DNA of 64,000 bases, taken from IMG/VR virus record IMGVR_UViG_3300029243_000160, positions 81,209 through 145,208 of that record, one strand, 5' to 3'. Below the pieces are notes generated by a model. It was not told where the DNA came from. It did not search any database and saw only the letters and a program-made list of their open reading frames with translations. A program made the position numbers and the translations under genes. The stretch comes from a virus. Positions 27,108 through 35,945 of this stretch are shown one piece after another (position 1 is the first letter of the stretch; the number at the start of each line of letters is the position of its first letter).

Positions 27108-27839
27108 CTATATCAATTTATTTCCCAGTTTTTCATACGCTGGTTGGAGCTGTTCTGCAATCGCTTTGTAGTCCCTGCACTGCCGGATTCCCTGTTCTAC
27201 TTCTATCTCGTCAAAATGCTCTGCAATCATATCACAAAGAAAGCAAAAGTAATTGTCCAGATGTGGTGGTGTCCACATATCGGAACGGCACAAGAAAATG
27301 CCGTCATACTTCTCTTCTTTTTCTTCCAGTGTAGCAAGATTCAGTGAAAGCACATTTCTGAGAGCTTTGTCTTCTTTTACTTCTTTGTCCAAGCCGAACA
27401 TTTCTATGGAGATTGGATTTGCTATCCATCTCAGCTTCATCTTGTACTCGTCCAGAAGGTATGAAATCCAGTTGCCACAATCCAGATGCTTATTGTTATT
27501 CGTAAAGTCGTGGTGCATATCTATGTTTACCAGAGAAAGCTTTTCATCTTCTGACACATAGTCATGTACAAAGTCATACACATGGACATGGCTGTTTGCA
27601 ATCATCACCGGAGTGTCTGGAGATTGCTTCTTTAAGATACGCTTCAAGCATTCCAATTCTTCTTCCAGAATGCCCACAGAACGCACCAGATTGGCTTGTG
27701 TGCCACCTAGGTAGTAAGATGCCCATATCAGTGTGGACAGTTCCGTGGAGTGGTCTACGCCGTCCGGAAAGCTTCTCACAGCTTCTTTTGTGATTTTCAG
27801 AAAATAATCAAAATCAATAGAAAGGATTCGCTTAATCAC
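27108..27839 (-). CDS. Conserved hypothetical protein, possibly UPF0489/arginase-deacetylase-like
   Basis: A GTG27839 start overlaps the upstream stop (GTGA) with SD GAGGA 8 nt upstream; the track ORF extends to 27944. Motifs SIDFDYF, NIDMHHD and CGNW. The family call is tentative. Confidence 0.65.
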   Translation of the reverse strand: MIKRILSIDFDYFLKITKEAVRSFPDGVDHSTELSTLIWASYYLGGTQANLVRSVGILEEELECLKRILKKQSPDTPVMIANSHVHVYDFVHDYVSEDEKLSLVNIDMHHDFTNNNKHLDCGNWISYLLDEYKMKLRWIANPISIEMFGLDKEVKEDKALRNVLSLNLATLEEKEEKYDGIFLCRSDMWTPPHLDNYFCFLCDMIAEHFDEIEVEQGIRQCRDYKAIAEQLQPAYEKLGNKLI

Positions 27840-28467
27840 GTTCCATATCCTCGCTGGTCTTCTGAGCTTCTTCATATTCATTATGAAGAAACTCGCTGTA
27901 GCTTGCGTATACAGAGCCGTCCTCGAATCCGTATTCCTGTACATACTGGTCGAAGGTCATTTCTTTTGCCTCTTCACAGTTCTCATAAGCTGCTTCTGTA
28001 GCAGTCATGGTCACGTCATCTATATGGTCTGCAATCCATTCCTTCTTGTATTCTTCATACGCATTGAACTTTGTGGCATCAGCATACGGCGATTTTTCAA
28101 AGAAATCCGAAAAGTATACAACTCGCAAGTCGTTCTTTCTTCCAAACTCCAGTGCTGCATTGCCTGCCCAGTTTGGAACGCCCTGCTTCTCCATTTCATT
28201 CATCATATCTTTAATAGACAAATCGTCTTGCTTTACTGCGTTTCTCAACTCATTTACATCTTCTTTGGTATATCGGGTAAATCCGCTTGTGTTTGTTCCG
28301 TCCTCAATTGCTCTTACTGCCAGTTCTGCATTTTTCAGCTCGATATTGTCCAGCTTCAAGCAGTGTTCCCAGTACATTGCACCTTTCAAAGTCTCCTCAA
28401 CTTCTGGCGTAACCTCATAACTCTTGTCGCCACAGTACAACATATAGTTTCCGTTCTCGTTTTTCAT
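27832..28467 (-). CDS. Hypothetical acidic protein
   Basis: 211 aa. First gene after the cassette promoter at 28569. SD GAAAGGA. Confidence 0.7.
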   Translation of the reverse strand: MKNENGNYMLYCGDKSYEVTPEVEETLKGAMYWEHCLKLDNIELKNAELAVRAIEDGTNTSGFTRYTKEDVNELRNAVKQDDLSIKDMMNEMEKQGVPNWAGNAALEFGRKNDLRVVYFSDFFEKSPYADATKFNAYEEYKKEWIADHIDDVTMTATEAAYENCEEAKEMTFDQYVQEYGFEDGSVYASYSEFLHNEYEEAQKTSEDMERD

Positions 28468-28568
28468 AAAGCAAGTCCTTTCTCAGGTGTCGGCGGCATT
28501 GATACCACTGATTTGTATATTATTACATTGCATAATTCAGCTCTTTTTTGAGCTATCTTACATGAATT

Positions 28569-28634
28569 ATTATAGCACAATAGTGTACAAAAGTCAAGCA
28601 ATAACTGTTGTTTACTCTGTAAATTATCCGTTAT
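28569..28634 (-). promoter_or_regulatory. Type-1 cassette promoter plus 24-bp box
   Basis: -10 at 28569-28574, -35 at 28592-28597, 13-nt gap, box at 28611-28634. Confidence 0.8.
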
Positions 28635-28666
28635 GTTTTTCAAACACATTTGTGCAAGCATACAAA

Positions 28667-28700
28667 AAAGCCACTCTCTTGCGAAAGTGACTTCAATGTT
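28667..28700 (-). terminator. Intrinsic terminator after lipoprotein gene 28717
   Basis: AGTCACT-loop-AGTGGCT followed by TTTTTT on the minus strand. Confidence 0.6.
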
Positions 28701-28716
28701 GAAGAATATGCTATTT

Positions 28717-30063
28717 TCAATTTTTCAGGAGCATGATGTCGTCAGCAGCATAGCCTGTATCATTTTTTGCATAGCGAATGACAAGCGTATTTGTGCCATT
28801 GCTGTATGCAGTGAAGTTGTTTCCAATATCCTCAATTTCTTTTCCGTCACCAAGCAGTGCAATGATTTCTTCCTTGCTCATACCAACATGAATGCCTTCG
28901 CAGAACTCCACAACATAGTCATCTTCTTTTGTAAAGAAGTCACTCGTTTTGAATCCTTTGACAAGATACTTGTCTGCATCAGCTTTCCTCTGGTCATTGG
29001 CAGGAATCAGCTTACCGTCCTTATCGACTACTTCAATGGAAATGAGCGTCTTGTCTTCTGCTTCGCTTTCATCTTCATACATATTACCGTTGAAGTATAA
29101 GAAACTGTAATCACATACAGAACCGCCCAGAGCCACGTTCAGTTTCATTGTCTTTACAAAGTCAGCCAGAGAAATATCATCATTCAGATGAATCTCCACA
29201 CCGTTGACAACTGCCTTTGACAAATCAACATTCTCGGAAACATTCTTCGGCACATCAGGCACAAGCACAGTTTCTGTAGTTGTAGTAGTTTCCGTGGTCG
29301 GTGCAGTGCTTTCTGTGGTAGATGTTGAAGTATTTCCAGACACCGTTGTTGTAGTCTGCTCTGTAGTCTTTACAGGAGCTTCTGTTGCACTCGGCTGTTC
29401 TGTCGTTGCAGCCGTGGTCGGCTTCTTTGTAGTAGTGGTAGTCGGTTTCTTCGTTGTCTGCGAAGGCTTTTTCGTTGTTGCTTTTGTAGTGGTCTTTGTG
29501 GTAGCCTTCGTGGTCTTCTGCGTAGCCTTTGTTGTCTTTTTTGTGGTCTGAGCAGGTGCGTTGTCTACAGGCTGATTATTGCTTGCAGGCTGTGTCTGAG
29601 CTGGCGAATAGTTATTTCCACCATTGTCACTGTTTGTATAAGTCACATTCTCTGCATTCGATTTCGGCTTGTTGTCAGAAACCGGAATTGCCACATACGG
29701 CACATTGCTGTTAGATGAACCGCCGGAACTGCTGCCAGCCGAACCTGTTGCAGAACGTGTGGAACGGCTGTGAACAGCGGTTACGTTTGTTCCATCACTC
29801 TTAATACCTTTCCCTGTGCCTGTTTTGGTAGTTGTCTTTCTGGTAGAAGAGGTCGTTGCTGTACCGCTGGTTGTCGATGCCTCTGTTGTACTTGTGGAGC
29901 TGGTGTCATAGTCACCCTGCTCTGCCACAATTTCCAATTTGTTCTGATTTTCTGCTTCTTTGGCTTTATCTCCGGTAGTGTCACCGCACCCTGTCATAGA
30001 AGCACACAGGCAGGCAGCACAAACCATAGATGCAACCGTTTTCCATTTTGCTCGTTTCTTCAT
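28717..30063 (-). CDS. Lipoprotein with a T/K/S-rich linker (paralog family A)
   Basis: Signal peptide with lipobox SMTGC. Long low-complexity TTKKTTKAT linker. The C-terminal ~170-aa domain is shared with 30860-31606 and 36092-37039. Confidence 0.8.
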   Translation of the reverse strand: MKKRAKWKTVASMVCAACLCASMTGCGDTTGDKAKEAENQNKLEIVAEQGDYDTSSTSTTEASTTSGTATTSSTRKTTTKTGTGKGIKSDGTNVTAVHSRSTRSATGSAGSSSGGSSNSNVPYVAIPVSDNKPKSNAENVTYTNSDNGGNNYSPAQTQPASNNQPVDNAPAQTTKKTTKATQKTTKATTKTTTKATTKKPSQTTKKPTTTTTKKPTTAATTEQPSATEAPVKTTEQTTTTVSGNTSTSTTESTAPTTETTTTTETVLVPDVPKNVSENVDLSKAVVNGVEIHLNDDISLADFVKTMKLNVALGGSVCDYSFLYFNGNMYEDESEAEDKTLISIEVVDKDGKLIPANDQRKADADKYLVKGFKTSDFFTKEDDYVVEFCEGIHVGMSKEEIIALLGDGKEIEDIGNNFTAYSNGTNTLVIRYAKNDTGYAADDIMLLKN

Positions 30064-30278
30064 TGCTTGATTCTCCTTTACTTTATATTACAATAGACGA
30101 AGTGGGAAATACATCTCACTTCGCCTACGGCATTCATTCGTGCAGTGTTCTTTCTTACATCACACTGTCCTTTCTGGTGTGAGGACTTCCTCAATTGCGA
30201 ATAGATATATGATTTATGGCAAGCATTCTCTTGTTCGTCCACAAGGCAGGATTTCCTGCAACAAGAGTTACTTTGTCA

Positions 30279-30854
30279 TCATGCCAGCAGGCTTTTTCTC
30301 AGGCTCAGTTCATTCTGAATAATGCAAAATAATTCATATGCTGCATAGCAGTCTGCCAACGCCGTATGTGCATCATTATGCGTGATGCCGAAGTGTTCCG
30401 ATAAAGCTGTAAGTTTATAACTTTTCAGCCGGAACAAGCTCTTTGCAAGTGGTAGAGTGTCGATATAAGGATTTGTAAATTCTGCCCTCGAAGAGCGATA
30501 GACTTGCTTCTTCTTTGCAGAAACAAATCTGCAATCGAACCCCAGATTGTGTCCAAGCACCACTGTGTCATCTCCGATTGCTTCCAGAAAGCTTTTCAAA
30601 GCAACATTGATAGAAGGTGCGTTCTGCACTGCTTCATTCGTGATGCCTGTCAACTGAATGATTTCCTGCGGAATTGCTTTTCTCGGCTTTACAAGCGTGT
30701 TAAATTCCTGCGTTACCACGCCGTTCTGCACCAGCAGACCGCCAATGTTGATGATTTCATTATAATCTGGAGATAAGCCAGTTGTTTCAAGGTCAAACAC
30801 CACATAGTCTTTGATGTTTGCAGCTTCCTGCTCATTGAGCATTTTTCCAATCAC
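30279..30854 (-). CDS. DnaQ-like 3'-5' exonuclease (DEDDh, Pol III epsilon family)
   Basis: VVFDLETTGL, GHNLGFDCRFV and HTALADCYAAYELF motifs. GTG start with SD GAGGA. Confidence 0.9.
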   Translation of the reverse strand: MIGKMLNEQEAANIKDYVVFDLETTGLSPDYNEIINIGGLLVQNGVVTQEFNTLVKPRKAIPQEIIQLTGITNEAVQNAPSINVALKSFLEAIGDDTVVLGHNLGFDCRFVSAKKKQVYRSSRAEFTNPYIDTLPLAKSLFRLKSYKLTALSEHFGITHNDAHTALADCYAAYELFCIIQNELSLRKSLLA

Positions 30855-30859
30855 GATAA

Positions 30860-31606
30860 TCAGTCCTCGTTTCTCAGTAGGTAAATGTCGTCTGCGACAG
30901 GTTCTTCGCTTCCTTCTGGAGCAGTATCATATTCGATTAACAACGTATTTGTGCCGTTATTGTACGCAATCATGTCGTCCAATTCTGTTCCAGCACCAAA
31001 CTGAGATTCTACAGCACTCTTTTCTGTTCCAGTTGTGATAACTCCGCAGAAATAGACGTTGAAGTCACTTCTTGTAAAGAACTGACTTGCATGGACACCT
31101 TTCAGCTTGTAGATGCCGAAGTCTTCCGTTTTCAAGCGGTCACTGTCTACGATTTTTCCATCATAATTTTCCACTTCCAGAGATACTTCTGTGCAGTCAT
31201 CTGAACCCTGTTGGTTCAAACTGTACATCGCACTGTGAAAGGAAAAGCTGCTCTCAACCGATGTTGCACCAAAGCTGTCACAGGACAGCCCTGTATCGCT
31301 TAACACCTTTTCCAGACTGGGAGCTTCATTCAAATTGATAGTTACTCCGTTGATAGTCACACTGCTCATGTCTGCATCTGTGTTGACATCAACCGTAGGT
31401 ACAACTGGATAGATGGTTTCGTCAGCTGGTGAGTTTTCCTCGACCTCAGCATCTGAACTCACTTCGCTGTCGCTTTTGCTTGCAAGCGTTTCCTGTGAGG
31501 CGTTGATGTGAATTTCCGGCTCACTGGAAGAATCATTTTGTTTGCCACAGCCTGTTACCGAAATCATCATGCACAGTGCCAGAATCAATCCGATTTTCTT
31601 TCTCAT
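30860..31606 (-). CDS. Lipoprotein (paralog family A)
   Basis: Lipobox SVTGC. The C-terminal domain is homologous to that of 28717-30063. ATGA overlap with the upstream gene. Confidence 0.8.
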   Translation of the reverse strand: MRKKIGLILALCMMISVTGCGKQNDSSSEPEIHINASQETLASKSDSEVSSDAEVEENSPADETIYPVVPTVDVNTDADMSSVTINGVTINLNEAPSLEKVLSDTGLSCDSFGATSVESSFSFHSAMYSLNQQGSDDCTEVSLEVENYDGKIVDSDRLKTEDFGIYKLKGVHASQFFTRSDFNVYFCGVITTGTEKSAVESQFGAGTELDDMIAYNNGTNTLLIEYDTAPEGSEEPVADDIYLLRNED

Positions 31607-32655
31607 TCTTCAAAGCTCCCTTCGGATTTATATTCGCTGTACGCATCATACATTGCGTTGATACGTCCGCTTACATTCCATGCGTGGTTTGTGCCATTCA
31701 CAGAACAGTCGCTGTATACCGTTTTCTGTTCGCTGTCTGGTTCGTTGTTGAAGAACCAAAGCAGGAATTTCCCGATATTTTCAATGCTTTCTTTGTTTTC
31801 CTGTATTTCAAGCTGGTGACAGAAGTAGATAACATTCACAAGATTTGTTTTCTTGACAGCCCTTTTCAAAACCGCTTTTTTGCCGTTTTCTGCAACATAC
31901 TCCAGTACGGAATCTGTAAAATCCAGAAGAGCCTGCATTGCTTCTGTCGTATTTGCATCGAAAGCCATGTTTTCATAACTTTCTTTGATATTCTTTGCAG
32001 ACAGTTCAAACTGCCCGTCATAGATTTGCAGAGCTGTTTTGATGACAACATCTTCATTCTGATAACCTGCTCGTGCCTTATCTGTCATGTACTTCATAAA
32101 CAGGTCGGACTTTGCAAGCTGAATTACCGCTGGCAGGTTCTTTGCCTTGATTCTGGATTTTTCAATACCAGACAGGACTTTGCCGTTATTCAGTCGGAAC
32201 ATCATCTCTGCCAGTTCATCATCTGTTATATCGGTGAAGAAATACACTGTCATTGTGTAGCTTTCAAATGCTTCTCTCGCTTCTTCCGGCAGTTCCTCGT
32301 AAGTCATGCCGTTCAGGTCAACTTCATCACCACACCAGTCGTACCAAGGCAGGGACAGACCAGTCAAAGCAAATTCGTTATGATAGAACGCTCGAATTGC
32401 TTCGCATCGTTGTTTGCCATCGAAGCAGTCGAACACCTTGCTGCCTTTCTTGCAACCTGCCGGAGCATCAATATCTGTTTTAATAGTGTACATCGGTGGC
32501 ACTGGGTAATTATGAATCAACGATTCAATGAGCAGGCTCTGCTGAACCACATTCCAGACGTTTCCTCTCTGAATAGCATTGTCGAATACCATGCTACCCT
32601 TTGTGACTGCCTTTGCAATCTGTTTCGCACTCCATGCAATGTTTGCCTTAATCAT
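31603..32655 (-). CDS. DUF262 (GmrSD N-terminal/ParB-like) domain protein
   Basis: FDNAIQRGNVW...LIESL...PVPPMY...FDGKQRCEAI matches the DUF262 DGQQR-type signature. No C-terminal HNH/DUF1524 domain is evident. Confidence 0.85.
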   Translation of the reverse strand: MIKANIAWSAKQIAKAVTKGSMVFDNAIQRGNVWNVVQQSLLIESLIHNYPVPPMYTIKTDIDAPAGCKKGSKVFDCFDGKQRCEAIRAFYHNEFALTGLSLPWYDWCGDEVDLNGMTYEELPEEAREAFESYTMTVYFFTDITDDELAEMMFRLNNGKVLSGIEKSRIKAKNLPAVIQLAKSDLFMKYMTDKARAGYQNEDVVIKTALQIYDGQFELSAKNIKESYENMAFDANTTEAMQALLDFTDSVLEYVAENGKKAVLKRAVKKTNLVNVIYFCHQLEIQENKESIENIGKFLLWFFNNEPDSEQKTVYSDCSVNGTNHAWNVSGRINAMYDAYSEYKSEGSFEE

Positions 32656-32674
32656 GGGCTATCTCTCCTTGTCT

Positions 32675-32728
32675 ATTATAACACATTGCAATATTACATT
32701 GCAATTTACTCTATCTATTATCCGTTAT
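32675..32728 (-). promoter_or_regulatory. Promoter TTGCAA-18-TGtTATAAT with the 24-bp box abutting the -35
   Basis: -10 at 32675-32680, -35 at 32699-32704, box at 32705-32728. The spacer contains the direct repeat ATTGCAATGT twice. Confidence 0.6.
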
Positions 32729-32747
32729 TTCTTTGCAAAAAATATTC

Positions 32748-33062
32748 TTAAAATGATTTCAGCAAAGAAAAACCAATGCGTTCCACATAGTACGCTTCAT
32801 TGTCAACCACAACAACATCGCTGACAGAAAGTGAATGCCCACAAAAATCTTTTGGCAGGTTGACATTAAATCGAATGAAGATTTCTTCTAAAATCGCATT
32901 CATGCCACAGGTCAATGCGTCTTTGGGAATCTGAAACGAATAAACGCTGTGGTATACGCTTTTCTCCAGACGGAGCATCTTCTCTTTCCATTCGTTTGAA
33001 CCTTGGAACATCATTTTATGCTCTGCTGGCAGCTGATAAATTGTTACCTGTACTGTTTCCAT
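32748..33062 (-). CDS. YodL-like small protein
   Basis: ATG33062 (METVQVTIYQL) has SD AAGGAGAG. IYQL...FNVNLPKDFCGHSLSVSDVVVVD...YYVERIGF resembles the YodL-like family of Firmicutes mobile elements (a recollection). Confidence 0.65.
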   Translation of the reverse strand: METVQVTIYQLPAEHKMMFQGSNEWKEKMLRLEKSVYHSVYSFQIPKDALTCGMNAILEEIFIRFNVNLPKDFCGHSLSVSDVVVVDNEAYYVERIGFSLLKSF

Positions 33063-33098
33063 TTGATTTACTCTCCTTATCTTTGAATCACTATACTT

Positions 33099-33164
33099 AG
33101 TATAGCACAATAGTGTACAAAAGTCAAGCACAAATCAAATTTTACTCTGTAAATTATTCGTTAT
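33099..33164 (-). promoter_or_regulatory. Type-1 cassette promoter (TTGACT-17-TATACT) plus 24-bp box
   Basis: -10 at 33099-33104, -35 at 33122-33127, 13-nt gap, box at 33141-33164. Confidence 0.75.
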
Positions 33165-33230
33165 CAAAACAAATGATTTTTGTGCAAACATACAAAAAGA
33201 GCAGGAACTTGCCCTGCTCTCTTGCTAATA

Positions 33231-35201
33231 TTACATTGCTTCCAGATAATCCGATTCAAAATAGGCATCTTTCACTCTGCCTTTTGTGATTGCTTTTGCG
33301 ACTGCTCGCATGAACTTTCTTCTGTCCGGAATCACAACGCTGTACTGTTCATTTGTTCTTATGTTCCAGACGATTCCCTTATTCAGTCCGAACGCAATCA
33401 TATAGCAGGCACATTGCAAGAAATGCTCATGGGACAATTCTTCTACGAATTTCAGTTCGTAGACTGTGTTGTTTTTGATAACGTCTGGTCTGCCAACAAT
33501 GTCGTACACATTCTCGTTACCATCAATAAACTGCATGGAAAAGTCTTCCTGCACTTCTTCTTTGCCTGTAAACTCTGTTCGCAGACGATTATGAATCAGG
33601 GAAAGTTGTTCCTCTGTGAGAAACGGCGGCTTTACCTGATAGTAATAACGGTTCTGGTATGTTTCGTATGCTGTCAGATACAGTACCTTTTCTTCCAGTG
33701 TTGCATCTTTTTTCAAGTTCAGAGGCGGTCTGTCGTCAGCAATATCCATTGCATACCGAATCTGTGCATCAATATCATAGTTTTCAAAGAAGCTTGCTTC
33801 CTGATAGATGCCGATGCAAGGAGAAAGGTCAATCATGAAGTCTTCCGAATCCACATCAATCATGGACTTATCTGTTCTTGCTTTCTTTCTTTTGCGAATC
33901 AGCTGATAGCACTCTTCCACATCTTCTTTGTATTTGAAATCGAACATTTCACTTACCTGAAAAGGACGCTTGTACTCTCCGTTTGTCGGAACAGGTGTCG
34001 CAACGATTTCGTCCGGAAGCACATCGCTGAACGGTTCTTTTACAATGATGATTTTTTCTTTGCCTCGGCTCATAGCAACACAGAAGATGTTCCGCAGAAT
34101 CTCATACTTTACGTCCGGATAGCCCATTCTGACAGACCAGTAGTCCAGTGTATAGTCAAAGACAACACAAATCTTTCGTTCCAGCCCCTTGCTGCTGTCA
34201 AAGGTTGTGAAGATGGCTGTAGACTTATCCGGAATCGTTCTGCCTGCATTGTCATCAGAAATGCTGGCGTAAACGGTTTTCTTGTTGAACTTTTCCGGAT
34301 ATTTGTCCTCTAAGTCGTTCAGGACACTTGCCATTTTTCCTGTTCTTGCCCCCAAGCACAGAATGTCAGACGGCTTCTGCTTTGCCAAATACTCAATCAC
34401 ATCGCACAGCTCCATTGTTTCCAGCTTGCAGTCTTTGTTCACACCATTGATTTGCTTTCCCCAGATGTCCCCAAGACGGCTTGCAAGGTCACTACAAAGA
34501 CGGAAGCACTTTGTAAAAGTAACTGTATCATACCTTCCAAGAAACTGATTGATAAAGATAGGCACATTCAGTGTTGTTTTATCGTAAATCTTCTGCTTCA
34601 TATCACCAACAGCAACAATCTGCACCGCTGGATTGCTCTTCTTGACGCATTCCAGCATCTCTGCGATTTCCTGTTCGATGTCCTGATATTCGTCAATCAC
34701 CAGCAAGTCATACTTCGGGACTTCGATTTTTGTCTTGTTCTTCAAGAAAATCTGAATCAAATCAGAAATGCCAGCAGATAAGTGTGCGTTTTTCAAGCAC
34801 ATATATGCAAATCCGTGATAGTTGGTAACAGTTACGTTCTTTCCTCGAATTTTATCTCTTGCGTCAATCTTCAAAAGTGTGTTGTAAGTCAAATACAGCA
34901 CCTTTTTGTCCGGTATCTCATTGCACAGCACCTGAATTGTTGTAGTTTTACCACTACCGATGCAGGCATCTACCAGAACATTCTTTCCTGACTTTGCAAG
35001 AGCAATCATAGATTGCTGCTCTTCGGAAAGGTCAGACAGTTGCATAACTGGCGTTGGTGTCCACTTGTCGAAACGGCTGTCGGCAGTTCCTTTATAGTAC
35101 CACTGCTTTTGTCTAGCGTCCCATTTCGCTCCAAGAGCCTTTACCTCATCTTTTTCTACATAAGGCACTTGCAGATAATGAATTGTATTTTCCCATGCCA
35201 T
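33231..35201 (-). CDS. UvrD-like SF1 helicase with a C-terminal PD-(D/E)xK nuclease and an N-terminal DUF5710-like module
   Basis: ATG35201 has SD AAAGGTGG. N-terminus VPYVEKDEVKALGAKWDARQKQWYY. Walker A GSGKTT. LLVIDEYQD (UvrD motif II). C-terminus GRPDV...YELKFV...QCACY. Confidence 0.85.
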   Translation of the reverse strand: MAWENTIHYLQVPYVEKDEVKALGAKWDARQKQWYYKGTADSRFDKWTPTPVMQLSDLSEEQQSMIALAKSGKNVLVDACIGSGKTTTIQVLCNEIPDKKVLYLTYNTLLKIDARDKIRGKNVTVTNYHGFAYMCLKNAHLSAGISDLIQIFLKNKTKIEVPKYDLLVIDEYQDIEQEIAEMLECVKKSNPAVQIVAVGDMKQKIYDKTTLNVPIFINQFLGRYDTVTFTKCFRLCSDLASRLGDIWGKQINGVNKDCKLETMELCDVIEYLAKQKPSDILCLGARTGKMASVLNDLEDKYPEKFNKKTVYASISDDNAGRTIPDKSTAIFTTFDSSKGLERKICVVFDYTLDYWSVRMGYPDVKYEILRNIFCVAMSRGKEKIIIVKEPFSDVLPDEIVATPVPTNGEYKRPFQVSEMFDFKYKEDVEECYQLIRKRKKARTDKSMIDVDSEDFMIDLSPCIGIYQEASFFENYDIDAQIRYAMDIADDRPPLNLKKDATLEEKVLYLTAYETYQNRYYYQVKPPFLTEEQLSLIHNRLRTEFTGKEEVQEDFSMQFIDGNENVYDIVGRPDVIKNNTVYELKFVEELSHEHFLQCACYMIAFGLNKGIVWNIRTNEQYSVVIPDRRKFMRAVAKAITKGRVKDAYFESDYLEAM

Positions 35202-35240
35202 ATGCTGTGCCACCTTTCCTTTCAAGAATATTATAATATC

Positions 35241-35306
35241 ATTATAGCATAATAGTGTACAAATGTCAAGGTATATTAAGGTGTTACTCTGTAGATTATT
35301 CGTTAT
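35241..35306 (-). promoter_or_regulatory. Type-1 cassette promoter plus 24-bp box
   Basis: -10 at 35241-35246, -35 at 35264-35269, 13-nt gap, box at 35283-35306. Confidence 0.8.
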
Positions 35307-35335
35307 GTTTTTCGTAATTATTTGTGCAAGCATAC

Positions 35336-35361
35336 AAAAAGAGCAGGTTATCTGCCTGCTC
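35336..35361 (-). terminator. Intrinsic terminator after the sigma4/alpha-CTD gene
   Basis: GAGCAGG-N7-CCTGCTC followed by TTTTT on the minus strand. Confidence 0.7.
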
Positions 35362-35362
35362 C

Positions 35363-35890
35363 TTACAATTCCTGTTTCAAAGAGATGCCGAGCTTGTGAA
35401 ACCGCATTTTGATTTCCTGCACACACGCTATGCCGATGCCTGTACAGTTCAAAAGTTCTTTTTCACTGTATTGTTTCAGAATCCCGATGGTATCAATATC
35501 GTTGGATTTTAATGCTGTCGATGTCCGGAAAGAAAATCCAGCTTTCAAAACCGATGTATTTAGCAGCGGATTGGTTTCTGTCGGATTTCTTCTGCATCGG
35601 ACTGAAAAGTATTCATCTTCCATAACACCGCCAAAATCCCGAACTACTTGTCGGATTCGCTCTTTTGTTACGCCGTACTCGTCAGCCAATCGTTCCAACG
35701 TATAGAAGTTGATATATCTTTTTTGAATGATTTCAGCATTTCTCTCATCGGTTCTGTAGAAGGCAGATTCTATCACTTCAACAAGCACATTATGTTTTTC
35801 CTCGTCCAAGTCAATTCCGATTCGTTCCAGCATATCCTTCTGGAACGCTTTTCTACACAGCAGAGTGTTAATCTGCTCTTTACCTGTCAT
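35363..35890 (-). CDS. Chimeric transcription factor: sigma-70 region-4 HTH fused to an RNAP alpha-CTD-like HhH domain
   Basis: YTLERLADEYGVTKERIRQVVRDF matches sigma region 4.2. FSFRTSTALKSNDIDTIGILKQYSEKELLNCTGIGIACVQEIKMRFHKLGISL aligns to E. coli alpha-CTD. SD GAGGTAA. Confidence 0.8.
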   Translation of the reverse strand: MTGKEQINTLLCRKAFQKDMLERIGIDLDEEKHNVLVEVIESAFYRTDERNAEIIQKRYINFYTLERLADEYGVTKERIRQVVRDFGGVMEDEYFSVRCRRNPTETNPLLNTSVLKAGFSFRTSTALKSNDIDTIGILKQYSEKELLNCTGIGIACVQEIKMRFHKLGISLKQEL

Positions 35891-35945
35891 GTCAATTACC
35901 TCATTTCTCTTTGCTTTTGCGTATAAGGTTATATTTAATTATAGC

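Noticed and set aside
27840-27944. N-terminal extension of the 27108 gene given by the ORF track (278 aa).
   Set aside because: The extension overlaps the upstream gene by >100 nt and lacks an SD. GTG27839 has GAGGA at ideal spacing and a GTGA stop/start overlap.
29380-29570. Short tandem nucleotide periodicity that might look like a repeat array. Similar stretches occur at 46840-47100 and 38700-38900.
   Set aside because: These are in-frame T/K/S-rich low-complexity linkers of secreted proteins. There is no repeat-spacer architecture, so they are not CRISPR arrays.
31576-32751. 391-aa plus-strand ORF, and similar long antisense ORFs at 33180-34313, 47692-49392, 53239-54072, 57602-58477, 59539-60330, 23470-24120, 27883-28551 and 13318-14193.
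   Set aside because: Each lies antisense to a gene with clear family motifs. Their composition is Cys/Phe/Leu/Ile-heavy and low in complexity, and none has a Shine-Dalgarno sequence. They are shadow ORFs.
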